This document shows positions 54,252-63,998 of a stretch of DNA of 64,000 nt, piece after piece. The stretch is from a virus. Lineage: Duplodnaviria; Caudoviricetes. Numbering within the stretch: the first letter of the stretch is position 1; each line of letters begins with the position of its first letter. The DNA is taken from IMG/VR virus record IMGVR_UViG_3300011337_000669, one strand, 5' to 3'. The position numbers and the translations under genes were made by a program. The notes below the pieces were generated by a model that saw only the letters and a list, made by a program, of their open reading frames with translations, did no database searches and was not told where the DNA came from.

Positions 54252-54279
54252 AATGCTAAGATACTATAAAAAAATTAAT

Positions 54280-54882
54280 CTACCAAATTTCTTTCATCTT
54301 CATGAATCCAAGTGCGGCACAATAAGCATCGGTTTGGTCGAAATTTTCTTTCTTGAGTGTATTGTTCTTTGTATACAACCAATTTATTTGAGGTTCTCTT
54401 TTAGCAACCAATTCCCAAATAACAACTTTTTTGTCAATGTCTTTCGGCATACCTCCAAACAAAACATATTTGTCTTTATTATTGGGTTGAACTAAATGTG
54501 GAAACGCAAACTTTCTTGAATTATATGTTGAAATAAATTCAGGGACAACTCCCAACACATCATAAACTTCTTTACAAATTAATGTGTTGAATCTCATCAG
54601 AGTACTGACAGTATAAACGTTATTGGAGTTCAATAAAGGTTCCTCAATAACAACATACTGAATACCAAGTTCTTTGTATGATAGTAATTTTTCTCTAAAA
54701 ATTTGTGCCTTGAGAAGTAATTCTTCGATTTTATTTTCTACCTTTGGTTTCGGAACTGGTGAAATGTGAGTTAGTTCTAATAATTCTTTAGTTTGAATAT
54801 CAAATAATGCGACCCCAATTGTGCGAGTAGAAACATCTAGCCCCAATACTTTGGGAGAATCTTTTTTAATTTTGTTTGCCAT
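54280..54882 (-). CDS. RuvC-like Holliday junction resolvase
   Basis: VLGLDVSTRTIG, VVIEEP and DQTDAYCAA, the RNase H-fold acidic pattern. Confidence 0.75.
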   Translation of the reverse strand: MANKIKKDSPKVLGLDVSTRTIGVALFDIQTKELLELTHISPVPKPKVENKIEELLLKAQIFREKLLSYKELGIQYVVIEEPLLNSNNVYTVSTLMRFNTLICKEVYDVLGVVPEFISTYNSRKFAFPHLVQPNNKDKYVLFGGMPKDIDKKVVIWELVAKREPQINWLYTKNNTLKKENFDQTDAYCAALGFMKMKEIW

Positions 54883-54885
54883 AAA

Positions 54886-55752
54886 TTACAATATTTTAGC
54901 ACCTTTCTTTATGTTATCAGATGCCCACATAGGTTGTAAATTAGTAAAATGGCATAATTTGTAAAGTTCTTCTTCGGTTTTTGCACTTGATAGTGGTATT
55001 ATATGGTCTATGTGCCAACCATAATAACCATAATTTTCCCAAACCATATCTTCTGTAAATTGTTTTTCTAAATGTTCTTTTAAAGAATCAGGAGAACAAC
55101 CTATAATGTCAAAAGTTTTACTATTTTTTCTTATGTTTTTTACCTTAAGATAAAAAAGTAATCTATTTCTAACATTATGTTTTAGTTTTTCTAATATTAC
55201 TGTATTTCTTTTTTCTTTAGTTTTTTTTGAATTTTTTTTAATTAACTCATTCTTATTCTTTTCATAATATTCTTTCCACCTCCTCTTTTCTGAATCTAAA
55301 TTATTTTCTCGATATTGCTTATTATAATCTTGTTTTTTTTCTATATTTTGGATATTTCTTTTTTTTGTACTTTCAAGAATAATTTCTTTATTTTTCTCAT
55401 AGTGCTCTTTTCTTTTTAATTTTCTTTCTTCTTTGGTCTCATCCAAATATTTTTTTATTTTTTCAAGATTATTCTTGTAATAATCCTTCATATAATTTTT
55501 AATCAAATCTTTTTTAGAGTCTCTATATTGTTTTTGTTTTTCTTGATTTTCTACGTAATAATCTTTTATTTTTTGAGAATTATTCTTCTTATATTCCCTC
55601 ATTTTTAAAAGGTTTTGTTCACGATTTTTGAAATATTTTTCTTTATCACATTCTTTACAAGAACAATGAAGTTTATCTTTAGTCTTATTATTTTTAGAAA
55701 AAAAACTTATGTCTTTGATGATTTTACATTTACTACATTTTTTTGTTCCCAT
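54886..55752 (-). CDS. HNH-type free-standing endonuclease (paralog 3 of 3)
   Basis: KKCSKC...CKEC; WHIDHIIPLSSAKTEEELYKLCHFTNLQPMW. Confidence 0.85.
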   Translation of the reverse strand: MGTKKCSKCKIIKDISFFSKNNKTKDKLHCSCKECDKEKYFKNREQNLLKMREYKKNNSQKIKDYYVENQEKQKQYRDSKKDLIKNYMKDYYKNNLEKIKKYLDETKEERKLKRKEHYEKNKEIILESTKKRNIQNIEKKQDYNKQYRENNLDSEKRRWKEYYEKNKNELIKKNSKKTKEKRNTVILEKLKHNVRNRLLFYLKVKNIRKNSKTFDIIGCSPDSLKEHLEKQFTEDMVWENYGYYGWHIDHIIPLSSAKTEEELYKLCHFTNLQPMWASDNIKKGAKIL

Positions 55753-55754
55753 AG

Positions 55755-57941
55755 TTACATGTCAAGCTTAATTACGTACTGTTGGATACCCTGACGAAGT
55801 TCTGGTGATTGTAATTTAGAAATAACAATAAGGTCTTTATTACTATCATATAAACCAATTTCAGTAACATATGATTTTGTTCCAGTCGTCCATGTAGGGT
55901 TGGAAGTATTTGTAAATTGATTTCTATTCAAGTTAATCAAATACTTCATCTCGTAAATCGTTGCCGAGATGTCAGTTTCCAAATTGCCATAAAATGCGTA
56001 TTCGTCCCCGAAGTTCAAGACATCAGGTTCCCCATTCAATGGAATGTCCAAATAATTCTGTAACTGATATGCTGCGGCACCGTTATAATCATCAAGACCA
56101 ATTTGGAATGTTGTTCCAGTCAATGATGCTTGAGTGATGTATCCATTCGACAAAGTCATTGCTGACGTTACATCTATCTGTTTCCAAGCGGTCGGTGATG
56201 GTCTTGTATCACCTGTAACCATTTGACAGATAATCTTCATCGATGTTGCAGTATAACCTGTAAATTCATTTTGACCCAAGAATCCAAACTCTCCTCCGAA
56301 TCTTACAGCAACGTTTTGAGTGTTTGCTGTAACCGAACTTGTTGGTTGTACCACGGAATAATAATTACAGTGAAGGGAACTTGTCACACCTGTTTGTGAT
56401 TCGAATAAATAACTCACCCAAAATCTCTGAGCCGGATTGTTCATCAGACCTGTAGAATTGTTTCCTGTATCACAAATATTTGGTGTTAAAAGACTTAACT
56501 TTGGCGCAGGTAATGTAAAGTTTCTGTTTGATTTGTATGACAATGCTGCGATTACTTCCTCATCATCAACGACAATAATTTCTTGGTCAGGAAATACTTT
56601 ACCAATTCGATTCAAGTTACCATTACTGTCAGCGTTAGTGTCCCACAAATGATAGTACCTAATACCAGGGTCATTCATGTCAATGTTTTTTGTCGACTTG
56701 ATATAATATGGTATACATAAATTATATCCTGGAGGGTCGATGAAAAAGGTTTGTCCGATTGTGGTACCTGTTGATTTATGCCACATCAATGTTGGTATAC
56801 TCAATTTGAAATGTCTTGCCAATCCAATATCATCGGTCGGATTCTGTGGGTCAAATGGTTGTGTTGAGAATTTCTCCCCATAAACGTGGTCAATATCTTG
56901 ATTAGTATAATGGATAATCGCAATGGCTTTTTGGTCCTGTGGTCTTACGACAATTTTCTCATCGAAGGAATTATAATAAAATACTTGACTCGTATCAGTT
57001 TGTCCTGATGGTTCGTTGTATCCCAAATATTCTTTGGTACCTATGTAAGACACCGATCCAAACTTGGTATAATCCTCATATTGATTACTAAATAATCCCG
57101 CGGGACTCTCGGTCCAAGGAATATTCATGTTCCATATCGGGGTATTTTCTCGATTGGACACATCACAAGGTGACTCAAAGTTTAGAGTGTCTGTTTGCCA
57201 ATAAGGTGCTGGTGTAACAAAATCATATAATTCTGTCATACCTGATGGATAAACATACAATCTGGCATAATTTGTTTCAATTGGTAAGTTATCAAATGTT
57301 GGCAACGATCTATCTAATGTTAATGTAAATGTACTTCCTGTTGTTCCTGTTACAGGACTCATATTTTGAATCTTATATGTTAAGATTTGGTTTGTAGTGA
57401 AATCGCCACATCCACCGTTTCCATCATATACTATGGTTACAAAATCGTTAATCGATGGAGTACCTGATGTTAAACAACTCGTTGGTGAGCTGTCAAATTC
57501 TATTTCCATTGAAGTTTGTCCTAATAGTGTTGACATATCTACCCAATAACTTGTAGTCATTGTATATGCCGTACTTGTCTGTATCAGGGTCGTACCCGTT
57601 GTGAAGAATCCTTTAACACCTGCAGAATTGTAAACCTGTGTAAAGTTACTATCCATAAAAGGTATTCCATAGGTATTACCCTGTGAACCTTGGACGTAAT
57701 ATGGATATTTTATATTTTGTTTGTTTGACTGTGGTGAACCTGTATCATTTTGTGCGTTGAACGCTGGCATCAAAATATTATTATTGGTCTGATTATAGTT
57801 TGGTACTGCAGTATAACTCACTTCACTATCTCCAATTTGGAAATAAGAGATATTGAAGTTGCCTTGAGAAAGATTTCTCCGTCCAACATCAGTTAATCTG
57901 GTGTTAATAAGTCCTGAAGTATTTTTAATAATATAAGCCAT
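55755..57941 (-). CDS. Virion structural protein (tail/baseplate-associated)
   Basis: N-terminal LTDVGRRNL...YFQIGDSEV and C-terminal YVTEIGLYD...ISKLQSP resemble tail-collar/baseplate modules; TATTTATA at 57946-57953. Confidence 0.65.
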   Translation of the reverse strand: MAYIIKNTSGLINTRLTDVGRRNLSQGNFNISYFQIGDSEVSYTAVPNYNQTNNNILMPAFNAQNDTGSPQSNKQNIKYPYYVQGSQGNTYGIPFMDSNFTQVYNSAGVKGFFTTGTTLIQTSTAYTMTTSYWVDMSTLLGQTSMEIEFDSSPTSCLTSGTPSINDFVTIVYDGNGGCGDFTTNQILTYKIQNMSPVTGTTGSTFTLTLDRSLPTFDNLPIETNYARLYVYPSGMTELYDFVTPAPYWQTDTLNFESPCDVSNRENTPIWNMNIPWTESPAGLFSNQYEDYTKFGSVSYIGTKEYLGYNEPSGQTDTSQVFYYNSFDEKIVVRPQDQKAIAIIHYTNQDIDHVYGEKFSTQPFDPQNPTDDIGLARHFKLSIPTLMWHKSTGTTIGQTFFIDPPGYNLCIPYYIKSTKNIDMNDPGIRYYHLWDTNADSNGNLNRIGKVFPDQEIIVVDDEEVIAALSYKSNRNFTLPAPKLSLLTPNICDTGNNSTGLMNNPAQRFWVSYLFESQTGVTSSLHCNYYSVVQPTSSVTANTQNVAVRFGGEFGFLGQNEFTGYTATSMKIICQMVTGDTRPSPTAWKQIDVTSAMTLSNGYITQASLTGTTFQIGLDDYNGAAAYQLQNYLDIPLNGEPDVLNFGDEYAFYGNLETDISATIYEMKYLINLNRNQFTNTSNPTWTTGTKSYVTEIGLYDSNKDLIVISKLQSPELRQGIQQYVIKLDM

Positions 57942-57945
57942 TGTC

Positions 57946-57953
57946 TATAAATA
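57946..57953 (-). promoter_or_regulatory. Phage TATTTATA promoter-like motif
   Basis: Ends 4 nt before ATG 57941. Confidence 0.6.
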
Positions 57954-57967
57954 GTTGTTCTGTTTTT

Positions 57968-60463
57968 TTATTCTATTGGTCCGAAGTCACAATTTACTAC
58001 AAGAGTAAGACAAGTAACATTACTTGGATTATTTGCGTCTCTCAATCCAATATACCACGTTCCACTTGGTACGTAAAGATAATCTTTGGAAGTTCCATTT
58101 AAGAAATTGAATGTCCCATTTATTGCCTCATTACAATTTGAGTAATATGTGTCAGTGACATCATATTGTCCTGAACCACCAGCGAAGTTTGTAAGAACTA
58201 CAAGTGCAAATCCACCGAATCCACACTCTATTGTTGATTTCGCATATAAAGGTTTTGAAGGAGCGTTACCAGTCGAATTGAATGTAACACTGTTTGAGTT
58301 AATTGTATTAGATGTCGAATCTGCAATTACTTGACAGCATCTACATCCATTAATACTTTGTTGAGTAAATTGTGCAGTAATCTGTTGTGTTAAGTTAGTC
58401 AAACAATTACTTTGAGCTCCTGATTGTCCTTGTGTAATTGATAACACCGATGTATTTTCGATAAATACAGGATAATTGTTTCCAATTTGTAATTGGTAAG
58501 TATCCGCTTCAGTAACGGCTGTGAATGTTTCAGGACTACAATTAGGTCTACTACCTGTTTGAACGATTGTCTGAGTTGTTGTTGGAGTTTTGGTGACTCC
58601 ATTCTCAGTTATGGAGAACGTGTCGGTAATCAATCCTGTTCCAGGTCCATTGTAAGTTTTGATTGATGATAGTGTCAAATTGAATGGTATAGTAAGCCCT
58701 GGAGGCAATGGTGGAGTACTAACAATCTGATAGAATGTTGTACGAGAGTTATAGTTACTTAAAGTAATATCTTGAGTAGCCGCAGTGTTAGCACTTAGGG
58801 ATAACTGATAAGTAACAGGTTGTTGATTAAACCCAACTGTAGCAGTTTCGATGTCGGTGTTACCTGCAGAATCTATTACGGTTATTGTATATGTTCCAGC
58901 ACATAGGTCTTCGAATGTATTAGTTGACTGATAAGTTGAACCTCCGTTAATTGAGAATAGATATGGAGGATATCCATATTGTGCGTTCACAATTATATCA
59001 CCGTCACAATTTGTAACACTATCACATGAGTTATTATTTACCGACAGACTAACTTGTACCGGTATTACTGCTGGACAAACACCTTGAGTCATAGTTACAC
59101 TATATGTATTAACTCCACCAGCAATAACCCATCCTGATAACGGCACCGAAGCAGTTGACGTACTTATGAATATGCCACCTCCAACAGGGTTGAATGGTAT
59201 TGTCGGATTCGATCCAGTGACTTCCCATCTACCAACTGTAGAGTTCCAAACAATATTATATTGTCCGTCTGAAGTTGACCATGTTGTTCTTCCATTTCTC
59301 AATCCACTACAGTTAAATTGTAGTGGACCATAAGCGGTTGAAGTACTTAAAGCAATTAAACACAATTGAGGACAAATTCCCGATGGAGTCATAGTTGGCG
59401 TTGTAGTTGGGCTTGGAGTGATAGTCTGTGTTGGAGGAAATAAACTACAAATAGTTGAAGCAGTATAATCTCCATAATAATCCACAACTGTTACTTGATA
59501 GGAACCCTGAGGAATTCCAACCAAAGTTTGAGTTCTCTGTCCTCCTTCCCAATAAATAGAATAAGGACTTGTACCACCAGTAATTTTTAAAGACAAGATA
59601 CCATCCAATGAACTTGATGAATTCGGCATTAATATTGGAAAACAAGTTACTCCCATATCAAAAAGGGTGAATACATCACAATTGTTTCTTAATGAAAGAA
59701 CTTGACTGTTTGTTGGTGTTTGAGTTGGCGTTCTAGTTACTAATGGTGTCGATGAACTAGTAGGTGTTACAGTCGGAGTTGCGGTATTCGTAGGTGTTAC
59801 AGTCGGAGTTTGAGTCGGTGTTGGAGTAGGACAACTAACTGATGCATTTACATTCAACTTAACCACACCATTAGATGGCTTGGTATAATCCATAGTTATG
59901 GATATTCCACTCTGAGTTCCCTGTTGGAAATTACCACAACAATCGGTATAAAAATAACTTGAACCTGTGTTAGCTAAGGTATATGCTTGTCCACATAAAA
60001 TCGGTGTTGTCGATGGTGTGACGTTCGGGGTTCTTGTTTGTGTTGGTGTATTGGTTGGCGAAGATGTAATGTTTGGAGTTGGTCTTGGGGTTCTGGTTGG
60101 TGTTACAGTAGGTGTTTGAGTTGGAGTGTTGGATGGCGTATTGGTTGGTGTGGAGGTTTGAGTTGGCGTAACAGCAGGATAACAACTATTGTTGTCTGTA
60201 CATATATTCTCAGTATCAGTTACGGTGATTCCCTCAATTAATACCGTCTCTCCGAAGAAACCATATTTGAAAGTTGGTGAACCTAAAATAGATGAACAAA
60301 TATAAAAAGCAAACGAACTTCCAAGATTGGTATTTGGTAAGTTTAAGGCTATTGCGCTATCTGCTTGACCATCACAGTCGGTATATACGACATATAAATC
60401 TTGACCTCCACTGGTGGCTAAATCGTAAGGGACTTCAATGTAATAACAAGTACAGGTCGACAT
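57968..60463 (-). CDS. Cys-rich virion/adhesin protein with Thr-Pro linkers and SprB-like repeats
   Basis: Three TPT tracts; LKITGGTSPYSIYW and YGYPPYLFSINGG...LCAGTYTITVIDS units. Confidence 0.7.
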   Translation of the reverse strand: MSTCTCYYIEVPYDLATSGGQDLYVVYTDCDGQADSAIALNLPNTNLGSSFAFYICSSILGSPTFKYGFFGETVLIEGITVTDTENICTDNNSCYPAVTPTQTSTPTNTPSNTPTQTPTVTPTRTPRPTPNITSSPTNTPTQTRTPNVTPSTTPILCGQAYTLANTGSSYFYTDCCGNFQQGTQSGISITMDYTKPSNGVVKLNVNASVSCPTPTPTQTPTVTPTNTATPTVTPTSSSTPLVTRTPTQTPTNSQVLSLRNNCDVFTLFDMGVTCFPILMPNSSSSLDGILSLKITGGTSPYSIYWEGGQRTQTLVGIPQGSYQVTVVDYYGDYTASTICSLFPPTQTITPSPTTTPTMTPSGICPQLCLIALSTSTAYGPLQFNCSGLRNGRTTWSTSDGQYNIVWNSTVGRWEVTGSNPTIPFNPVGGGIFISTSTASVPLSGWVIAGGVNTYSVTMTQGVCPAVIPVQVSLSVNNNSCDSVTNCDGDIIVNAQYGYPPYLFSINGGSTYQSTNTFEDLCAGTYTITVIDSAGNTDIETATVGFNQQPVTYQLSLSANTAATQDITLSNYNSRTTFYQIVSTPPLPPGLTIPFNLTLSSIKTYNGPGTGLITDTFSITENGVTKTPTTTQTIVQTGSRPNCSPETFTAVTEADTYQLQIGNNYPVFIENTSVLSITQGQSGAQSNCLTNLTQQITAQFTQQSINGCRCCQVIADSTSNTINSNSVTFNSTGNAPSKPLYAKSTIECGFGGFALVVLTNFAGGSGQYDVTDTYYSNCNEAINGTFNFLNGTSKDYLYVPSGTWYIGLRDANNPSNVTCLTLVVNCDFGPIE

Positions 60464-60474
60464 CTATTAATTTA

Positions 60475-60663
60475 TTATATCCTATAATTATAAGTTATAA
60501 GTATTTTTTGTATAGGATTATTCATTATGTTGTTGCCGTTGTTGGTTGGCATATTGGTAGGAGTCTCCGGTGCCATATAATTATTATTACCCCTAAACAG
60601 GGTGCTCTGCGCATTCGAAGTGAATGTCGAAAGAACTAATAAAAGGGTGAATATTTTTTTTAT
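60475..60663 (-). pseudogene. Remnant of a secreted-protein gene with ATA in place of the start codon
   Basis: Frame reads (I)KKIFTLLLVLSTFTSNAQSTLFRGNNNYMAPETPT...*; a typical signal peptide lacking ATG, ending after 62 codons. Confidence 0.4.
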
Positions 60664-60696
60664 TAAATGATAGTTTGATGTGGTATTTAATAATCG

Positions 60697-62196
60697 TTAA
60701 TTGATATTGTATTTTGCTTTATTGTCATTGTAAATTTGACTTATTTCTGCGGCACTTAGTTCTCTATTAAAAAAAAGTATCAACCCAATATTGGCATCCA
60801 TATTCACTCCAGCACCATCATCTCTCACCCAACCTATACACACTTTATTGACAGCAGTATTTGGGATATTATTAATTAATGGATCCGATTTATCTAAATT
60901 TCCATTCACATATACTATTTCTGTACCATTTCCATAAGTAGTAGCTACGCAAACATAGGAAGTAGTAGTCGGCGCAACCCCGCTTGAATTAAACCAAGTT
61001 CCTCGTCCTCCGCAAGAACCACCAGAATATTTACCTCTATCTCCAATAGCAAGCGGGTGTATTTGGGTCCCTTGACAAGAATTATCTGCCGGTCCAAGAC
61101 TCAATAGAAATCGGGAAGAGGTGGTTGCATTTGGTTTAAAAAAGGCAATTGCAGTATAAGGACTATTTCCTAACGGTAAATTGTTGTAAGTTGTGGAAAC
61201 CATCGCTCTTAATGAGTTAATTGTATCGGTAGTTTTAATTGCCTTAATACCATTATCGATAATAAATTGAGGAGAAGGCGTAGACCAATAAATATGATTA
61301 TTACTTCCACTGATATCAAACCAAGTAGTTCCAGAACCGGGGTAACTTAATGGATTACTGGCGTCCAAATTCAAAACCAGCCCATTGATTAGTCCAGGTG
61401 TTACTGAAGGAGTTGGAGTTGTGGTATTTGTTGGAGTATTAGTTGGAATTGGAGTGTTTGTTGGTGTCTCACTATTAGTTGGTGTTGGTGTTGGTGTCAC
61501 ATTAAATGTTGATCCAGATATTTCACCTACTAAATAATATTGAGATGACCCTGTCATGTTAAATGTTAATCCAGAGAATGAATTCTCCTGTGTTAGATTA
61601 TTATAGTCGTAATCTGTAAATGTTTGAGTATAACCAGTTGTTTGTCCCGATAAAATTTCAACAGAACTATTAATTAATAATGGAGTTCCTGTAATAGTCC
61701 CTAAAACATCAGTAAAATTAATTATTATGTCGTTATTTAATGGTTTCGTTACAGTGGCTTGGTATCCAGCACCTACCGAACCTTCAAAGTAAAATCCCTC
61801 CAAAATAACATTAACAGTATTATAACTTGTATAAAATCCGTTATCATTTAACCATGTTACAGCATCATTGGTATTTGTGAATGGTGGTTGACCATTTTTG
61901 GCCCCAACATAGTTTGCTAAATTCAAGAAGGCACCATCAGTTTTATCCCCTAAAGGTGTTCCCCAAAATCCAACATTGGCAGTTTCGGTTACTCCTGAAG
62001 GAACTGGTTGTCCACCAGGCCTAGCATTACCAATGATATATCTTAAATCTTCATCAGGTCCTCCCCACCATACAACTCCACCATAATCGGCAGCGTAATC
62101 TGCCACAATATTACCGACTACTAAATCTCCATATTGTGTTGTTCCCGATATTGGAGAACCTGTGTTATTATATGCGAAAGGTCTTGAAAGTGCCAT
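60697..62196 (-). CDS. Virion protein with Thr-Pro linker and C-terminal LamG/ConA-like domain
   Basis: TPT tract then GLVLNLDASNPLSYPGSGTTWFDISG...YVNG...IG...FNRELSAAEISQIY; TATTTATA at 62207-62214. Confidence 0.75.
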   Translation of the reverse strand: MALSRPFAYNNTGSPISGTTQYGDLVVGNIVADYAADYGGVVWWGGPDEDLRYIIGNARPGGQPVPSGVTETANVGFWGTPLGDKTDGAFLNLANYVGAKNGQPPFTNTNDAVTWLNDNGFYTSYNTVNVILEGFYFEGSVGAGYQATVTKPLNNDIIINFTDVLGTITGTPLLINSSVEILSGQTTGYTQTFTDYDYNNLTQENSFSGLTFNMTGSSQYYLVGEISGSTFNVTPTPTPTNSETPTNTPIPTNTPTNTTTPTPSVTPGLINGLVLNLDASNPLSYPGSGTTWFDISGSNNHIYWSTPSPQFIIDNGIKAIKTTDTINSLRAMVSTTYNNLPLGNSPYTAIAFFKPNATTSSRFLLSLGPADNSCQGTQIHPLAIGDRGKYSGGSCGGRGTWFNSSGVAPTTTSYVCVATTYGNGTEIVYVNGNLDKSDPLINNIPNTAVNKVCIGWVRDDGAGVNMDANIGLILFFNRELSAAEISQIYNDNKAKYNIN

Positions 62197-62240
62197 TTTT
62201 TTTCTATATAAATATATTAATTTTTTTATTTATAAATATA

Positions 62241-63998
62241 TTAAGAGTATTTTTCTGTACAGGTTACCGAAGCCGATATTGGGGTCGCGTCTCCACCAAA
62301 AGCAAGTCCTGCAGTTTGTGTTCCCGCACCTCCTAATCTATTTCTTGCAGTATTCATAGAGCTACTGGTGGACCATGTTGAACCATTATATTCTTCTGTA
62401 GATGCGCAGTTGGCGGTATTAGTACCACCAAAAGCAAGTCCTGCATTCTGTGTTCCTGCTCCTGATAAACAATTTCTTGCAGTATTTAAATTTCCACCTG
62501 CGGACCATACATTTGTAGATCCATTATATTCTTCGGTAAATACTTGTGACGCTACTGCACATTGACCCCCGAAAGCAAGTGCGGCATCTTGCGTTCCTGT
62601 ACCCGCTAAAGCCGTTCTTCCAACTATTAAATTTCCACCTAAGGTCCATGAAGCTCCATCATATTCTTCTGTACATCGTACTACAGCAGGGGTTTGTCCA
62701 CCAAAAGCAAGTGCCGCATTTTGAGTTCCCGCTCCCGCTAAAAGAGATCTTGCAGTTATCAACTGCTGAACTACGGACCATGTTGCACCATTATATGATT
62801 CTGTACATGATACGATAGCAGGTGTATTACCACCAAAAGCAAGTGCTGCATTTTGTGTTCCTGATCCTGCTAACTGAAATCTTGCAGTGTTTAAATTATT
62901 ACATGTAGTCCATGTTGCACCATCATATGCTTCTGTACATCGTAATGCCGTAGGAAAAAATCCACCAAAAGCAAGTGCGGCATTTTGTGTTCCTACTCCT
63001 GATAAAGCTCGTCTTGGAGTTATTAAACCCTGAACTGAGGTCCATACTCCTAAAGGTATAGTTGGTGTTTGACTTGGTGTTGCCGTTGGAGTTAATCCAA
63101 CAGTTACTGTTGGGGTCGCTGTTCTCGTTGGTGTATTGGTAGGAGTAACTGTTGGGGTCGATGTTCTCGTTGGTGTATTGGTAGACGTATTAGTTGGTGT
63201 TTGAGTTGCTGTATTAGTAGGAGTTTCTGTGTTGGTAGGAGTATTGGTTGGTGTTTCTGTAGTAGTTTGAGTTGGAGTTTCTGTATTAGTTGGAGTATTG
63301 GTTGGAGTAACTGTTGGGGTCACTGTTGGGGTCGCTGTTCTCGTTGGTGTATTGGTAGACGTATTAGTTGGTGTTTGAGTTGCTGTGTTAGTAGGAGTAT
63401 TGGTTGGTGTTTGAGTCGCAGTGTTAGTAGGAGTTTCTGTGTTAGTAGGCGTATTGGTTGGTGTTTGAGTCGCAGTATTAGTAGGAGTTTCAGTGTTGGT
63501 AGGCGTATTGGTTGGTGTTTGAGTCGCAGTATTAGTTGGAGTTTCTGTGTTGGTAGGAGTAACTGTTGGTGTTTCTGTAGCAGTTTGAGTTGGAGTTTCT
63601 GTGTTGGTAGGAGTATTAGTTGGAGTTTGAGTGGATGTCTGAGTTGGAGTTTCTGTAGCAGTTTGAGTTGGCGTTTCTGTAGCAGTTTGAGTCGGAGTAT
63701 TGGTAGGAGTATTGGTTGGTGTTTCTGTAGCAGTTTGAGTTGGAGTTTCTGTGTTGGTAGGCGTATTGGTTGGAGTCTCAGTGGATGTCTGAGTTGGCGT
63801 TTCTGTGTTGGTAGGCGTATTGGTTGGAGTCTCAGTGGGTGTCTGAGTTGGAGTTTCAGTGTTGGTAGGTGTTTCTGTAGCAGTTTGAGTTGGAGTTTCA
63901 GTATTAGTAGGTGTATTGGTAGGTGTTTCTGTAGCAGTTTGAGTTGGTGTTTCTGTATTAGTTGGAGTATTGGTAGGAGTTTTTGTAGGAGTCTGAGT
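62241..63998 (-). CDS. Mucin-like Thr/Pro-repeat protein with C-terminal Kelch-like beta-propeller (5'-partial)
   Basis: Where checked, the frame reads as T/P repeats up to the window edge ([12 protein letters not shown]), so the GTG start in the ORF track is internal; five to six repeats of [20 protein letters not shown]...TEEYxG. Confidence 0.8.
   Translation of the reverse strand, partial: TQTPTKTPTNTPTNTETPTQTATETPTNTPTNTETPTQTATETPTNTETPTQTPTETPTNTPTNTETPTQTSTETPTNTPTNTETPTQTATETPTNTPTNTPTQTATETPTQTATETPTQTSTQTPTNTPTNTETPTQTATETPTVTPTNTETPTNTATQTPTNTPTNTETPTNTATQTPTNTPTNTETPTNTATQTPTNTPTNTATQTPTNTSTNTPTRTATPTVTPTVTPTNTPTNTETPTQTTTETPTNTPTNTETPTNTATQTPTNTSTNTPTRTSTPTVTPTNTPTRTATPTVTVGLTPTATPSQTPTIPLGVWTSVQGLITPRRALSGVGTQNAALAFGGFFPTALRCTEAYDGATWTTCNNLNTARFQLAGSGTQNAALAFGGNTPAIVSCTESYNGATWSVVQQLITARSLLAGAGTQNAALAFGGQTPAVVRCTEEYDGASWTLGGNLIVGRTALAGTGTQDAALAFGGQCAVASQVFTEEYNGSTNVWSAGGNLNTARNCLSGAGTQNAGLAFGGTNTANCASTEEYNGSTWSTSSSMNTARNRLGGAGTQTAGLAFGGDATPISASVTCTEKYS

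Noticed and set aside
88-62818. Numerous 60-150 aa ORFs antisense to, or nested in, larger genes (e.g. 88..285, 12306..12671, 22241..22687, 35976..36377, 47592..48014, 54148..54495)
   Set aside because: They overlap well-supported genes entirely, show the Phe/Leu/Ile/Ser bias expected of reverse-complemented AT-rich coding DNA, and have no motifs.
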